DNA of 64,000 nt from positions 2,331,502 through 2,395,501 of the forward strand of contig MU058059.1 of NCBI GenBank assembly GCA_013265495.1, written 5' to 3'. Positions 1 through 10,856 of the stretch are shown here, in pieces; position 1 is the first letter of the stretch, and each line of letters opens with the position of its first letter. The translations under genes and the position numbers were made by a program. Source of the DNA: Vicugna vicugna. Lineage: Eukaryota. The notes under the pieces were generated by a model, which worked only from the letters and a program-made list of their open reading frames with translations, made no database searches and had not been told where the DNA came from.

Positions 1-98
1 CTCTGCATATGTGGGGGCAAAGAATATATGGGAAATCTCTGTACCTTGCTCTCAGTTTTGTTGTAAACCTAAAACTCTTCTCGTAAAATAAAATCTTT
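1..98 (+). mobile_element. Old L1 (L1MC/L1MD-like) 3' terminus
   Basis: ggaaatctctgtaccttgctctcagttttgttgtaaacctaaaact...aaaataaaatct resembles the L1MC/MD 3' end consensus. Confidence 0.7.
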
Positions 99-1307
99 GA
101 TTAGACAAACAAAAATATGGAAGATGATCCGTCAGTTTGTCATGCAGTTTTTAAATTAGTAGTTAACTCTGGCAATAGACTTTATTTACCCATTATTGAA
201 GTGTCGTTTAGTGGAAGTTACAAATTTTAAGTACTTCTAATCAGAAGGGATCAGATGTGATGGAGAGGGGCAGGTGACTGAAGGATGGTGCACTCTGGCC
301 TCATGTAACTCTGTGCCTTGGGATAGTGGCTTTCTTCTCCCTTAAACCCACATCGGCCGTGTGAACAGTAACTTGCTGACAGCAGCACAGTGTTTTCAAG
401 GTGCAGGTTTCTGTCTCCAAGGGCCTCGGTGTATGGTGAAGAAGACTTCACAGATTGATGCTAGAAATGCTGCAGCATAAAATAAAAATTATTTTATTTA
501 AACTAAAAAAAAAGAAAGAGAAGCGTAGGAGTTACTGACTGTTATTAAAGATTTTAAAATGATTTTTAGATGAAAAAAAAATAGACCATCATTTGGTAGC
601 CGTGGAGGGACTGGTGTGCCTGCATCTCATCTGTGTGTGAGAGATGCCATTTCTGAGCAGATGTAGGAAAAATGTCTCTGCACGCTAGGGCTGCTGTGTG
701 TTTCTTCTGTCCAAATGCACGGAGGCTCGGGACTGCTGATTGCTGGAAGTGCTCGTTGGCTGCTTTTCCTGGGAAGATGGGCGTGTTTCTGCTTGCACAG
801 GGAAAACTGAGCAGATATCTAGCATCGTACGGCTTTGTGGTGCAATGACTCTTTGGAAATAATGAAATGTATCATTCTCTTTGGTCCGTACACCCTACAC
901 TGGCCATGAACTTGTGCCGGGTAGGGTGTCACTCTCCCTACTGCCACCCCCTGAGAATAGCCATTCTGATTTCCCTCTGCCCAGGGTGTCAGCCCATCGT
1001 GAGCCCACCCGCCCAGCCTGTGGGAGGTGACCTCTTCCCCTGTTCCCTAGTGGGTGCAGACATGTTTGGATTTTGCAGTCCAGTGTGGAAATTTTGATGA
1101 TGTAGTCATGGGGGGATGTGTCTGAACTGGATCCAGAAGTCATCCTTGAGCTCAGAGGAAAGATTGGCCAGTATGCCTTAATGACCTTACCTCTCTTAGG
1201 GTTAATGTGTGCAGAAAAGAAGTAATTCATCTTGACGGTTTTCTCCCCCTTTGGGGATATAGTTCCTTTTTTTTTTTTTTAAATGTGAATCTCAGAATTG
1301 CCTGAAT

Positions 1308-1510
1308 AGTAATAATCATGGATACACTTAATGAGCACTTAGTAATTGTTGTGTATTATCTCATGGAATTCTCATAATGATGAGAAGGTACTCACATTAT
1401 CACTTTTGCGGTTGAAGAAATTGAGATTTAGTGGTGTTTAAAGGAGTTTGCCAAGGTTAAGCAGAGCTAAAAGTAGAGGATCTGTCTGCCTGTAAAGCCC
1501 ACGTTTCATA
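1308..1510 (-). mobile_element. MIR SINE
   Basis: Reverse-strand MIR core: ttatcacttttgcggttgaagaaattgagattt...tttgccaaggtta. Confidence 0.65.
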
Positions 1511-1931
1511 GGACTTTGCTAAAAGCAGTTTCTCTTAATGAGCAAATTTGTAATTGTTGGTTAATGAGCAGAGGGAACACTATTGTCAGTTGCCATCAAG
1601 TTCTTTCTTTATAATCTTGTTTTTAGCATTGGTTTGATGATGCATATCTCTGCTCTGGACTCTCACTTCCTGCGCTTTGGAATTAAAATAGTGTTACATT
1701 TCTAAAAGGAATCCTTATCTGTGTTCAGAAATGGTTCCCAAGTGCCTGGCTGGTTTGACTAGTAAGTGCTGCTCATCGGGACTGCCTTGCAGATGGCTGT
1801 TGCCGCCTCAGCAGCCACATCACCTGCTTGGCTCTTGCTTTCCTCGCAGGACGGCTCTGACACTTTCCCACTTATTTTACATTCCCTTGAGTTTTCATGG
1901 AGGCACTGAAAATGAGGTCCTCTGATTAATG

Positions 1932-2102
1932 ACAGGGTCCTAGTGTAGCACAGGGAACTATATTCAATAGGTTGTAATAATCTATAATGAAAAAGAATTT
2001 GAAAGAGAATATATATATGTGGATAACTGAATCACTATGCTGTTCACCCAAAACTAACACAACACTGTAAATCAACTAGACTTCAATAAAAAAATTAAAA
2101 AA
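1932..2102 (+). mobile_element. 5'-truncated young (cetartiodactyl-type) L1 3' end
   Basis: tagcacagggaactatattcaata...gaatcactatgctgt...aactaacacaacactgtaaatcaacta...cttcaataaa followed by an A-rich tail. Confidence 0.9.
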
Positions 2103-3036
2103 GACAACGACAGGGCTCAGCATGTTACCATAATCCTCATATCACAATCATACCGTGTATCGCGCATATGATCGCAAACACATGATGAGAATAATCCCGG
2201 GAGTGGCATCACCGTATTCACACGTTCCACATGGCGTGGGATCTGGGGTGGGGTGATGCATTGTTAGAATCCCACCCACCGTGAGAGCTGCCTCCCAGAG
2301 CCCCTGGCTGTCTGCACCCTCATAGAATAAGTACCAGCCTGCACAGTAATTCCGTGGCCCAGCCAGCATCTTATTTCAATAGGGATGGCTAGTTGCATTG
2401 GGCTTTAAGAAATTTGTGGAAAGAAATTCCAGCTGAAATACAAGCATTGTATCTCGATGCCTCAAAGGGTGTTAGAGATTCCTGAAGATGACAGTAAACA
2501 TTTTAGGAAAGACAGCGTCGTTTAAAACTTTTAGGACTGCGTGTGCAGGCTTTCAACGTGTCTCTCGGGTGAGAGAAAGACATATCATGGGTCAGTTCAC
2601 TGCTCATTTTATGGTGGGAATAAGTCTGCAAAACTGGGTCACTTGGGGTTCTTACAAATATAATTGAGATCATAGGTCATAAAGTAGAAGGTCTGTTATA
2701 TGAGTGGGTAGCACCTCATTACCTTGTTGGTGAGTTACACGTCCCAGTGTGATGAAGCAACAACCCAGCTCTTAGAAACGGTCCTTCTAAGGCTATTGAT
2801 CTTTTTGAGTTTGCCTCCTAAGGAGTCCTTAGGGCCACCAGGCAAGGTCAGGCAATAATTCATCTTTGGGAAGAGCACTTGATGGCTAAGAGGGAGTCAA
2901 TGTCCATTACTTTATCATAGAGATAATCTCACCAAAGGGCACCTGTATCTGGGAGAATTCTTTGGTGGCAAGCAATAAAATTGGACCACAGTTAACATAA
3001 AGCAGCAGCGGAGTGCATTGTAAGGACATCAGGAAA

Positions 3037-3366
3037 TGTACGGAATCCAGCCCCAGACCGGACAGCTGAGTGGGCTCCGGATAAAGGTCAGGAGAGAGGC
3101 CCAGAGAAGTTTGAGGGAGAAGATTTATTACATAACTACTGCCCTGTCTTTTCAGGGCGGGCTGCCGGAAACAAGGTGGAGTTTTTTTCTCTCCGGGCAC
3201 CACACTAATCAAGACTCACAGCCCCGGAGAGACTGTTCCTGGACCTTTCCAGAAAGGCAGGGCCCCCGAGTCTGCACCCACGGGTGGAGGGATGCCCACC
3301 ATGAAGGGACTCACGACGCAGTCACCAAGCAAGGAGGGAGTAGACGGCTGGGAAAACCCTAAAACA
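3037..3366 (-). mobile_element. Putative solo LTR (ERV-like), ~330 bp
   Basis: TG...CA termini (tgtacgg...aaaaca), a minus-strand AATAAA (tttatt near 3124) about 90 bp from the minus-strand 3' end, and GC/CpG richer than the flanks. Confidence 0.55.
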
Positions 3367-6098
3367 AAAAAACTGACCCTCACTCTGGAATCTTTTCATT
3401 TAAAATGCTTTCTTAAAAACTATTCATAAAAAAAAAAAGGTACTGAGTGGTAATTTAAAAACCACACTTTTGCCTTTAACAGGATTGTCTTTCATTGCTA
3501 CATGAATGCTGTCTTAAATCATGAAACCCAAAAGCCCCCGAAAGCTAATGTTAAATTAGAATATTTCGTGCATATCCTCATATTTGCATATTATCAATGA
3601 GATCCTTTGACTAGGTGTGGAAGACGGGGCCCATTTAGCATATCACAGTGAAAACCTGTGACCGGAAAAAAAATCTGCAAGGAAATAACACGGGAGCAGA
3701 GATCATTGTTGTCCTGGAGTCATGTTACTGATTATTTATTTGTAAAGTGAATACAAACTACAAAAATAATCCCCATTCTATTTGTTGAACGATGATGGCT
3801 TTTAAAATGAATGTTTGCGTCTAACATAAAAAAAAACCCTCTGTATCTGACAGTTTATGGGTAAGTGATCATGTTGTAATAGCATTGTATCAAAAGCTGC
3901 TTTTCTTTGTAAACCCTTATATTTAATCCCTCCAACCAGCCAACAAGCTACGTGCTTCCCAGGGAATTAATTTAAGATTGGAGATAAAAAAAGAGGCCAA
4001 AGTTAATGACATCAAAGAAAAAGCTCTTGAAAGAAGAAATAGTTTCAAAAAGATTTTGACTGTTTTATAAAGCAAATATCAGCTGCTGTAAAAAGAAATG
4101 CTGTAAAATGAGGTTATTGCTTCTGACTTAGAATGATTTTTCCCTAGTTTATAACCTCAACTAATCTTGTAATAAATGTTTTAAAGTAAAATTCTAATGT
4201 GTGTATTGGGGATGATACTGACCAGTTTTACTATTAGATCTCAGAAAAGTAGTTTAAGTATTGATCAAGTGATTTTGAAAAGATCAAATCACTACCTTTG
4301 GTAGCATAGGATCGTTATGCTTAAAATACAAGATTTCCAAATGGATAAATAAGCCAAAGGGTGGTTGATGAGTTAGGTAAAATTTAAGGTTTAATTCTTT
4401 TCTGATGAGGACATAAAATAATGGCATGAAATCACTAGGGAAAATTTAAAAATGATACTTTTGGTGAAGGTACTCCATTTAAATAAAAACTTTCACATGT
4501 AATGACTTACACGAACAGTGTAATGGAAGCAACATATTATTTACACATTTAATCTTATTTTGATTTACTCTAATTTATCTGATATCGGCAGCCTGTTAGA
4601 TGATAATTTAAAAATCCGCTGCTACCATAATTGCGTTAGGAAACCTTCCTAATGGTAATTTTATTCCCCAGAATAATTTAACTTTCCACTTAAAATGCAC
4701 ATGTAAACACGATGAAGTCTGTATTGGCAACAGAAGATGTTAATGTTCATGTGGAATGATAATTCCCTTAATGGACAGCAGTACTCTGCTCATATTTTAC
4801 GGTGATGGAGATGGACTAAAATTGCTTTTTACTGCAGGTACCTTCTATGCTTGTGTGTAGCAACAAGGAAGCTGTAAGAGTTTAAAACTTAAAAAATAAA
4901 ATTCCCAGAAGTGCCTTCATGGAGGCAAACTGAGATTATGACGTCAGATTTTGTCAGCTCTCACTCATATTCTGGTTCAAGTTACCTTCCCTGCATGGTA
5001 GCACTTTTGAAGACCTCTATCTGGCTTCTTCCTGGGAAGATGGGCAGGATTGGTTCTTTCTCAGAAACCGTGGCACCCTGTTTCTGAATCTTTGCCCCAG
5101 CCCTGAGAGATACAGCCCTCCCCTGCCCAGGACCGTGGCTTGCCTGCAGGAAGCTTTATTCCACAGGGAGGAAATGCCAGAAAAGTCCCCAAGGGTACCC
5201 TCCCGAGAAGACAGGAGAGGCAGTGATGGAGATTCTTCTAAGGAAAGATGGTGTGGGAAATACAGAGGTGGTCCTTCCAGAACAGCTCTGGGCTGATGTT
5301 ACCCTTACGCCGAGGGTGCTTTCTGTGTCCACTGCCCATCACCGAAGGACCGAGGCTCCTAACTCTGTTCCTGCAACCGTTGAGGACAGGGTCTGCGTGT
5401 TGGGGAAAAGTCAATCCCAGATGACAGTGCTCGGGAGAGTCCCAAGGTCAACCTGTGACGGAGGAAGGTTGAGAAGGCTTCGTGGCCAAGGTGTCAACAG
5501 TAGGTGCTTCATGAAGTTAGGAGGGAGGAGCCAGCCCCTGGGGCCTGGGGGATTAGCTTCAGGGTACAGACTGATAACAGTGGCCCCAGGACCCTCTCAC
5601 CCTGTGCTTTTCATCTTTGTGGAGCACCCAGCCCAGCTGGCTATAGGATATGTTTATTCTGGGATGTGAGTTTGGGGAGCAGAGCAGATGTATGCAGAGC
5701 TGTGGAGGCACAAATCCCTCAGAAAGGAGCAGTGCTCCTGGCCAGCCCGTGGGCTCTGTGCTTGTCCATCACAGGAAGAAAGCTTCAGCTCTGGTGACCG
5801 TGGAGCAGTCTCAGTGCTTGGATGCAAGTCCACGTACTGTTTCTTCCCAGACTTCTAGCATTAAGTAATTTCAGTCGTCATCCATTAAATAATATTTTTG
5901 AACCCACAGTCTGGACAAGACTCGAACCAGGAGTATGTATGTCCCTGTTCTCAAGCGTGTCGTAATCATACAGAAAAAAAAAAATAAGATAGGTACTGAG
6001 CCAGTTCCAGTGTACGTGCTGTATTTGTGGAATATAAAGTAAATAGACTTCACGTGCAAAAGAGCTACTTCCTGGTTGAAGTGAACAGAAAAGAGAAT

Positions 6099-6475
6099 AT
6101 ATCAGTCAGGATTTCTGCAAGACGTAGGAGGGACCTTCAAAACGGGTGATTGAAAATTTCATAGAGGAACTAGTTGCAAAGGTGGAGCCAGGGCTAAGAG
6201 ACCGTGACGGGGTGTGAAGTAGCCGTTCACCCCTCAGGACCGGAGACGGCTGTTGAAGGGAGTCAGTCTAGAACTGTGACTTTTGTAGATGAGTCAGCTG
6301 GTGCCAAACCAGAGCCGTCGGCAATGGAGGCTGTGGGTTTAAACGCCAGACCTCCTGCCCCTGCCGAGGAACCCCACCAGACGCAGGGCCCGCGTGCTTT
6401 GGGCCCCTGGTCGTGGAGGAGGGTGGGGAGAGGTGGACGGTGGACTTGGAGTCGCTGGTGGAGAGCGTGTAGCAC
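6099..6475. mobile_element. Degraded ERVL-class LTR (LTR16/LTR33-like)
   Basis: tatcagtcagga...gggtgattga...gaggaactagttgcaaaggtggagccagggctaag resembles old ERVL LTR consensus. Confidence 0.45.
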
Positions 6476-7674
6476 GGAGTTGATATAAAGTGCGCACATT
6501 TACATACCATTCCGTGTCGTGATCAATAGCTGAAGACATGATGAGTCATGATGAGGCTTACAGATCATATTTAGCTTATAAAATCTTAATCTCATCTCTC
6601 ATTCTTCTGGGTGTGGCTAGGTCATCCAAGGAGCTCACCATCCATCCCGTGTTTCCCTGCCCCTCTGAAGCACTCTGAGAGGTGCAGGGATCCTGGGCGC
6701 ACACCGACTCCAGACCCGGGATGGACCTGCCGAGAACCCTGGGTGTAGGGGAGGGGGATGGGTGCCTAGCCAGCTAGGGAGACACTGACCTGTAATAACC
6801 TTTCTTCATCCTGTTTTGGCATTAAACTTTTAAGGTGTGAAGTTGCTAGAAGCTTTAGAAATGCCAAAGAATCTTGTAAACAACCTCGGACCATGACATG
6901 GAGCATCTGAATGGAGAATGGAGGCCCTCGGGACAGAGACAGAGATGCAGACTGCACAGCACACAGAGGGTGTCACTTCCCTCTGTGAGGGTGGCCGCCT
7001 GCTATTGTGGATGGTTCCCATACACAGATCTCTTCCTCTTTGCCTCCAGGATTCATAGGCACACTGCTAATTCATCCTCCTAGTATGTCACTCAGCGGAA
7101 CGTTGTGGGTTACTTTAAATTTCAGAGGTACTGTGGAAAACCAGTTTTAATTTGAGAAGCAAGATATGAAGGGTAGCCAATGTAACACAAGGGAGAAATG
7201 TTCTTAGGTAAATTATTTAAGTATCCTAAGAAAACAACTCAGGACATGATAGAATGGCATTAAGGTGCTGGAAGAACATTTTTATTACTCAGAATAACTC
7301 CTGAATAATATAATTTTATAAGTATCTCTGAAATAAGCAATAATAAAAAATGTGACCTTTAAAATTTGTCACAGTGGAAATGAAGCTAGTGTGGGATCCT
7401 GCAAGAAAGCCTTGTACTTCTGTGTGGACTGACTCAAACAATACAGACACCACCCAGGTATGATCGGTAGGGTTATTTGGTTTTAGGGATAAGGAAAACT
7501 GTTATAGAGGAAGGCAACCTTTATCCTAAAAAGAAAATGTTATAAAATATGCTTTTAACTCAACTCAAATAGAATTTGTGTGCTTTATCAGATACTTGAG
7601 ATAGGTAGAGAAATTTTAAAACAGAAAGTTTATGCTACTTAGCCTTTTGTTTTTTACTATTACTATTATCTTGA

Positions 7675-7848
7675 TTTTTTTTTAATTGAAGTAGAGTCAG
7701 TTTACAATGTTGTGTCACTTTCTGGTGTGCAGCACAGTGCATACACGAACATACGGATACTTGTTTTCGTATTCTTTCTCACCGTGAGTTACCACAAGAT
7801 ACTGAATATAGTTTCTTGTGCTGCACAGTGTGAACTCGCTGTTTATGT
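7675..7848 (-). mobile_element. 5'-truncated young L1 3' end
   Basis: poly-T, then aattgaagtagagtcagtttacaatgttgtgtca...caagatactgaatatagtttcttgtgct. Confidence 0.9.
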
Positions 7849-8273
7849 GAGAATCCTCCTGTATTTCGAAGTGAAAGACACTCCTCCAGAGTTCAGCAGG
7901 TGTTCTGTGTGGTTCAGTGGGTTTGTGGACGTAATTCTTGGTGTGTTTGTGGAAGCTGTGAGTCTCTCTACTCGGCCATCTTGGCAGCTTCCCCTGAGGA
8001 AGTAATTTTGAAAAGAAAATTGTTCAGTAAATGTTTTGATTGTACATTTTTGTATTTTTAAGACCCCTAATTAATTCATCCAACTTCTTTATAGGGAAAA
8101 TATGAAAACCACAGTACTTCTGTGTTTGGAAATACTGGAAGTAAAAGTTCTAAAATTTTGTGTTAAACCTATGGGAACAACATGGAAATTTTTGAACAGT
8201 GCTTTAAATAAAAGCCTGAATTGGGTTGTATGTTTGTATTTTGAGATTTAATTTTCTGTCACCCTGGACCCCT

Positions 8274-8392
8274 TCTGACTGTAAGGCCCTTGTGGAGGGA
8301 GGGACCAGGTTTTAATTTTCTTTTTGCCCAAAGTGACTTTCACAGAGCCTGGTATGTCATAGAAATGACTGATGTTTGTGAAATGAATGAAT
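8274..8392 (+). mobile_element. L2 3' end
   Basis: gactgtaagg...gagggagggacc...cacagagcctggta...tgtttgtgaaatgaatgaa. Confidence 0.7.
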
Positions 8393-9394
8393 TACGAAAA
8401 ATGGATTCAGGCATGTTAAAAACCACGCGAGTTAAGTACTTCTTGCCTTTCTCTTTTTGCTGTGCTGCTGTACCTCGTGCAGTCCCAACTAGATATTAAA
8501 ACCCACAGAAATAACCTTTGATCAAGTCTGAAGACTATTAAATGGCTTTAAAAAGTTGGTGTGGATAGCAGGACACCCTAACAAGAGGAGAGGATGTATT
8601 GCTGTAATGGCGTTATTAAGGACCACCAACGGTTTCATTTTGAATGATTACATGGAAACAACTGGGTAATCAGAAACATGGAAGTGATTTGTGAGGCCAG
8701 CCACGCTTAATCTGGGGGTTCACGGGTGAATGATGCTCACGTCAGAACGTTCTCTCTTCCTGTTTTTGCTGGTAAAAAATAAATTATCTTTGTTCTTCCG
8801 CTGATACCAGGAGCATGCTCTCCCTGTGTCCACAGAATGAATACACGATTTCCTGATGGTGGAGAGAAATGTGGTGACTGTAGAAGTGACATTATTGTAG
8901 AGGCCATGTGCGTGAGAGATCTGGGTGGAAGACGGATAGTTGTCCTTCCTTAATTACCTTGTCGATGAGAAAGAGGAAATCGGAGAACAAAACTTTGAAA
9001 GTTAACAGAAGATTCTGAAGAAGTAAGATCTCCTGGAACTGGTTTGCTTCCACTCCGGAAGTCGTTTTTCTGGGGCACTGAGTTCACATTATCATCTTAT
9101 TAAATACTCAGGCCGTACCTTGAACTGGTGTAAACGCTGCTGGTGCTCGCTCTGAAGACAGCACGGGACGACTGTGCTGGACGATGAGATGGTTACAGAC
9201 TAGCTTGCTCTGATGTTGCTTTTTTATTCTTTTGGGAGGGAACAAGTGAGCTCCATGAATGTGTTCTTATGGAAATGTTAATACCTGACGCTAGAGGGGT
9301 GACTGAGCCCCTCACCGGAACAATCCCGTTCGGCCTCCTGCTGACCCTGTGAAGGTAGGAGCTGCTGTCATTCCCTTTCACGTGTCCTTTGTTG

Positions 9395-9500
9395 GGAGTA
9401 ACTTGCCCGCAGTTCATAGCAAAGATGTGGCAGAACTAGGGTGGAAACCAGGCAGTCTGATCCCAGAGACTCAGCTTCCTATGACTTTGCAGTGCCTCCC
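9395..9500 (-). mobile_element. MIR fragment
   Basis: aacttgccc...gtggcagaactaggg...aaccaggcagtctgatcccagag. Confidence 0.65.
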
Positions 9501-9579
9501 TGTTGTAGAAATATTAAAAGGCCAGTGAACAGAAATACAGAAACGTGGTCCATTGGTAACCAGTAATATATGCCTAGCA

Positions 9580-10130
9580 TTTAGTTTCATCCACTCTTTC
9601 TTTCTGCCAAAAAGAGGTATGGACTCCCCACTGTGAGAAATGCTGTGTGGAGGATGCGAGGGTGAGTCGCCCGTAAGGCTCTCTGCTCAGGAAGTGAGTT
9701 GGGAATGGTGAGAGGAGACCTAGAGTATCAGTAAAGAACTCTAATTCCAAGCGGAAAATAGTTGCTTTCTAAGGGTTACATGCAGAGTAACTGCCTAAGG
9801 GAAACCCAGGGAGGCGATGCACTGGGCTTCGGAAGACTAGGTGGTTTTCAGAGGTGCAGAGCGGGTGGGGTTGGGGGGATCCGGCTCAGAGAGGAGGGGG
9901 TCAGGTAGGAGGAGGTGCAGGGAAAAGGAAGAGAGGACTGGGATTTTCAAGACTGACAAGTATAGTCTGAATGGTAATGTGTCATGGAAGGAGATTCGGT
10001 GGTGCCAGGTCTTTGGAAACTTCGGCAGGCAGTGGGGTGTCACAGAAAGCCTGGGGTTGCGTTGTTTCAGGCATGGCTGGGTTCCGCCGGGCCAGTCCAG
10101 TGATCGCGCGTGAGGGTCCCAGAGACTGGG
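9580..10130 (-). mobile_element. Degraded L2 fragment
   Basis: Purine-rich antisense L2-like pattern starting tcatccactctttc...ctccccactgtg...tgctgtg; weak similarity. Confidence 0.45.
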
Positions 10131-10628
10131 TAGTGTGTGTTCTGGGGGTGTGATCTTCCCCAGGCTTGTGTGACTCTTCCATCCGTATTGCGCCTCTTTC
10201 GTGTCGTCAGCTTCCCTGTAATCTGAGGACTCACTAGCCCCAGACCACAGGAGGGCCGGGCACTGTGTCTTAACCAGCTCCACACGTCCCATGTTTCTTG
10301 AGTCCCTTTCCATTCTGTGAAGTGTCACAAGAGAATACATCTGATGGTGGGAAATGATGACTCTTCCTCATAAAGAAGAATGTTCCAGAAAGCACTTTGC
10401 ATTTGATCAGGTATGGACGGCAAACAGTAGCACGCACAGGAAACTCCCTTCCACAACAGTGTTAAATACAGAGAGAAGGAACAGGATGTAAGGCAGTGTT
10501 TGTGGAAGGTTGTAGTTCTTGTACAGTATGTGGTAAGTATATATAATGGTCAGACTCCATATGTTTAAAGCAGTATTTTCAAAACTGAGGTTAAAAAAAA
10601 AACTTAATAAAAGGGAAACAGAGACAAA

Positions 10629-10856
10629 GCTTTATTGAAGACTTACTGAGAACAGCATTTGTGCTAAGTTTTTCCTAAGTATCATCTCCGTTAATCCTGG
10701 CAGTAGCCTGAGCTGGAGGGGTTATCCCCATTTTGCAGATGAGGAAACAGAGGTGTAGAGAGCTGGAGAGACTTGACTATGGATGGAACCTCCAGCAGGT
10801 GGCAGAGCCGGGGCTTGAACCCAGGTCAGCCTCACTCCAGAGGCTGCTGTCCTCTA
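10629..10856 (-). mobile_element. Near full-length MIR SINE
   Basis: tttattgaagacttact...ttatccccattttgcagatgaggaaacagagg...gtggcagagccgggcttgaacccaggtc. Confidence 0.9.

Noticed and set aside
2180..2290. Possible C/D-box snoRNA (ATGATGA near 2182)
   Set aside because: No properly placed CTGA D box or terminal stem.
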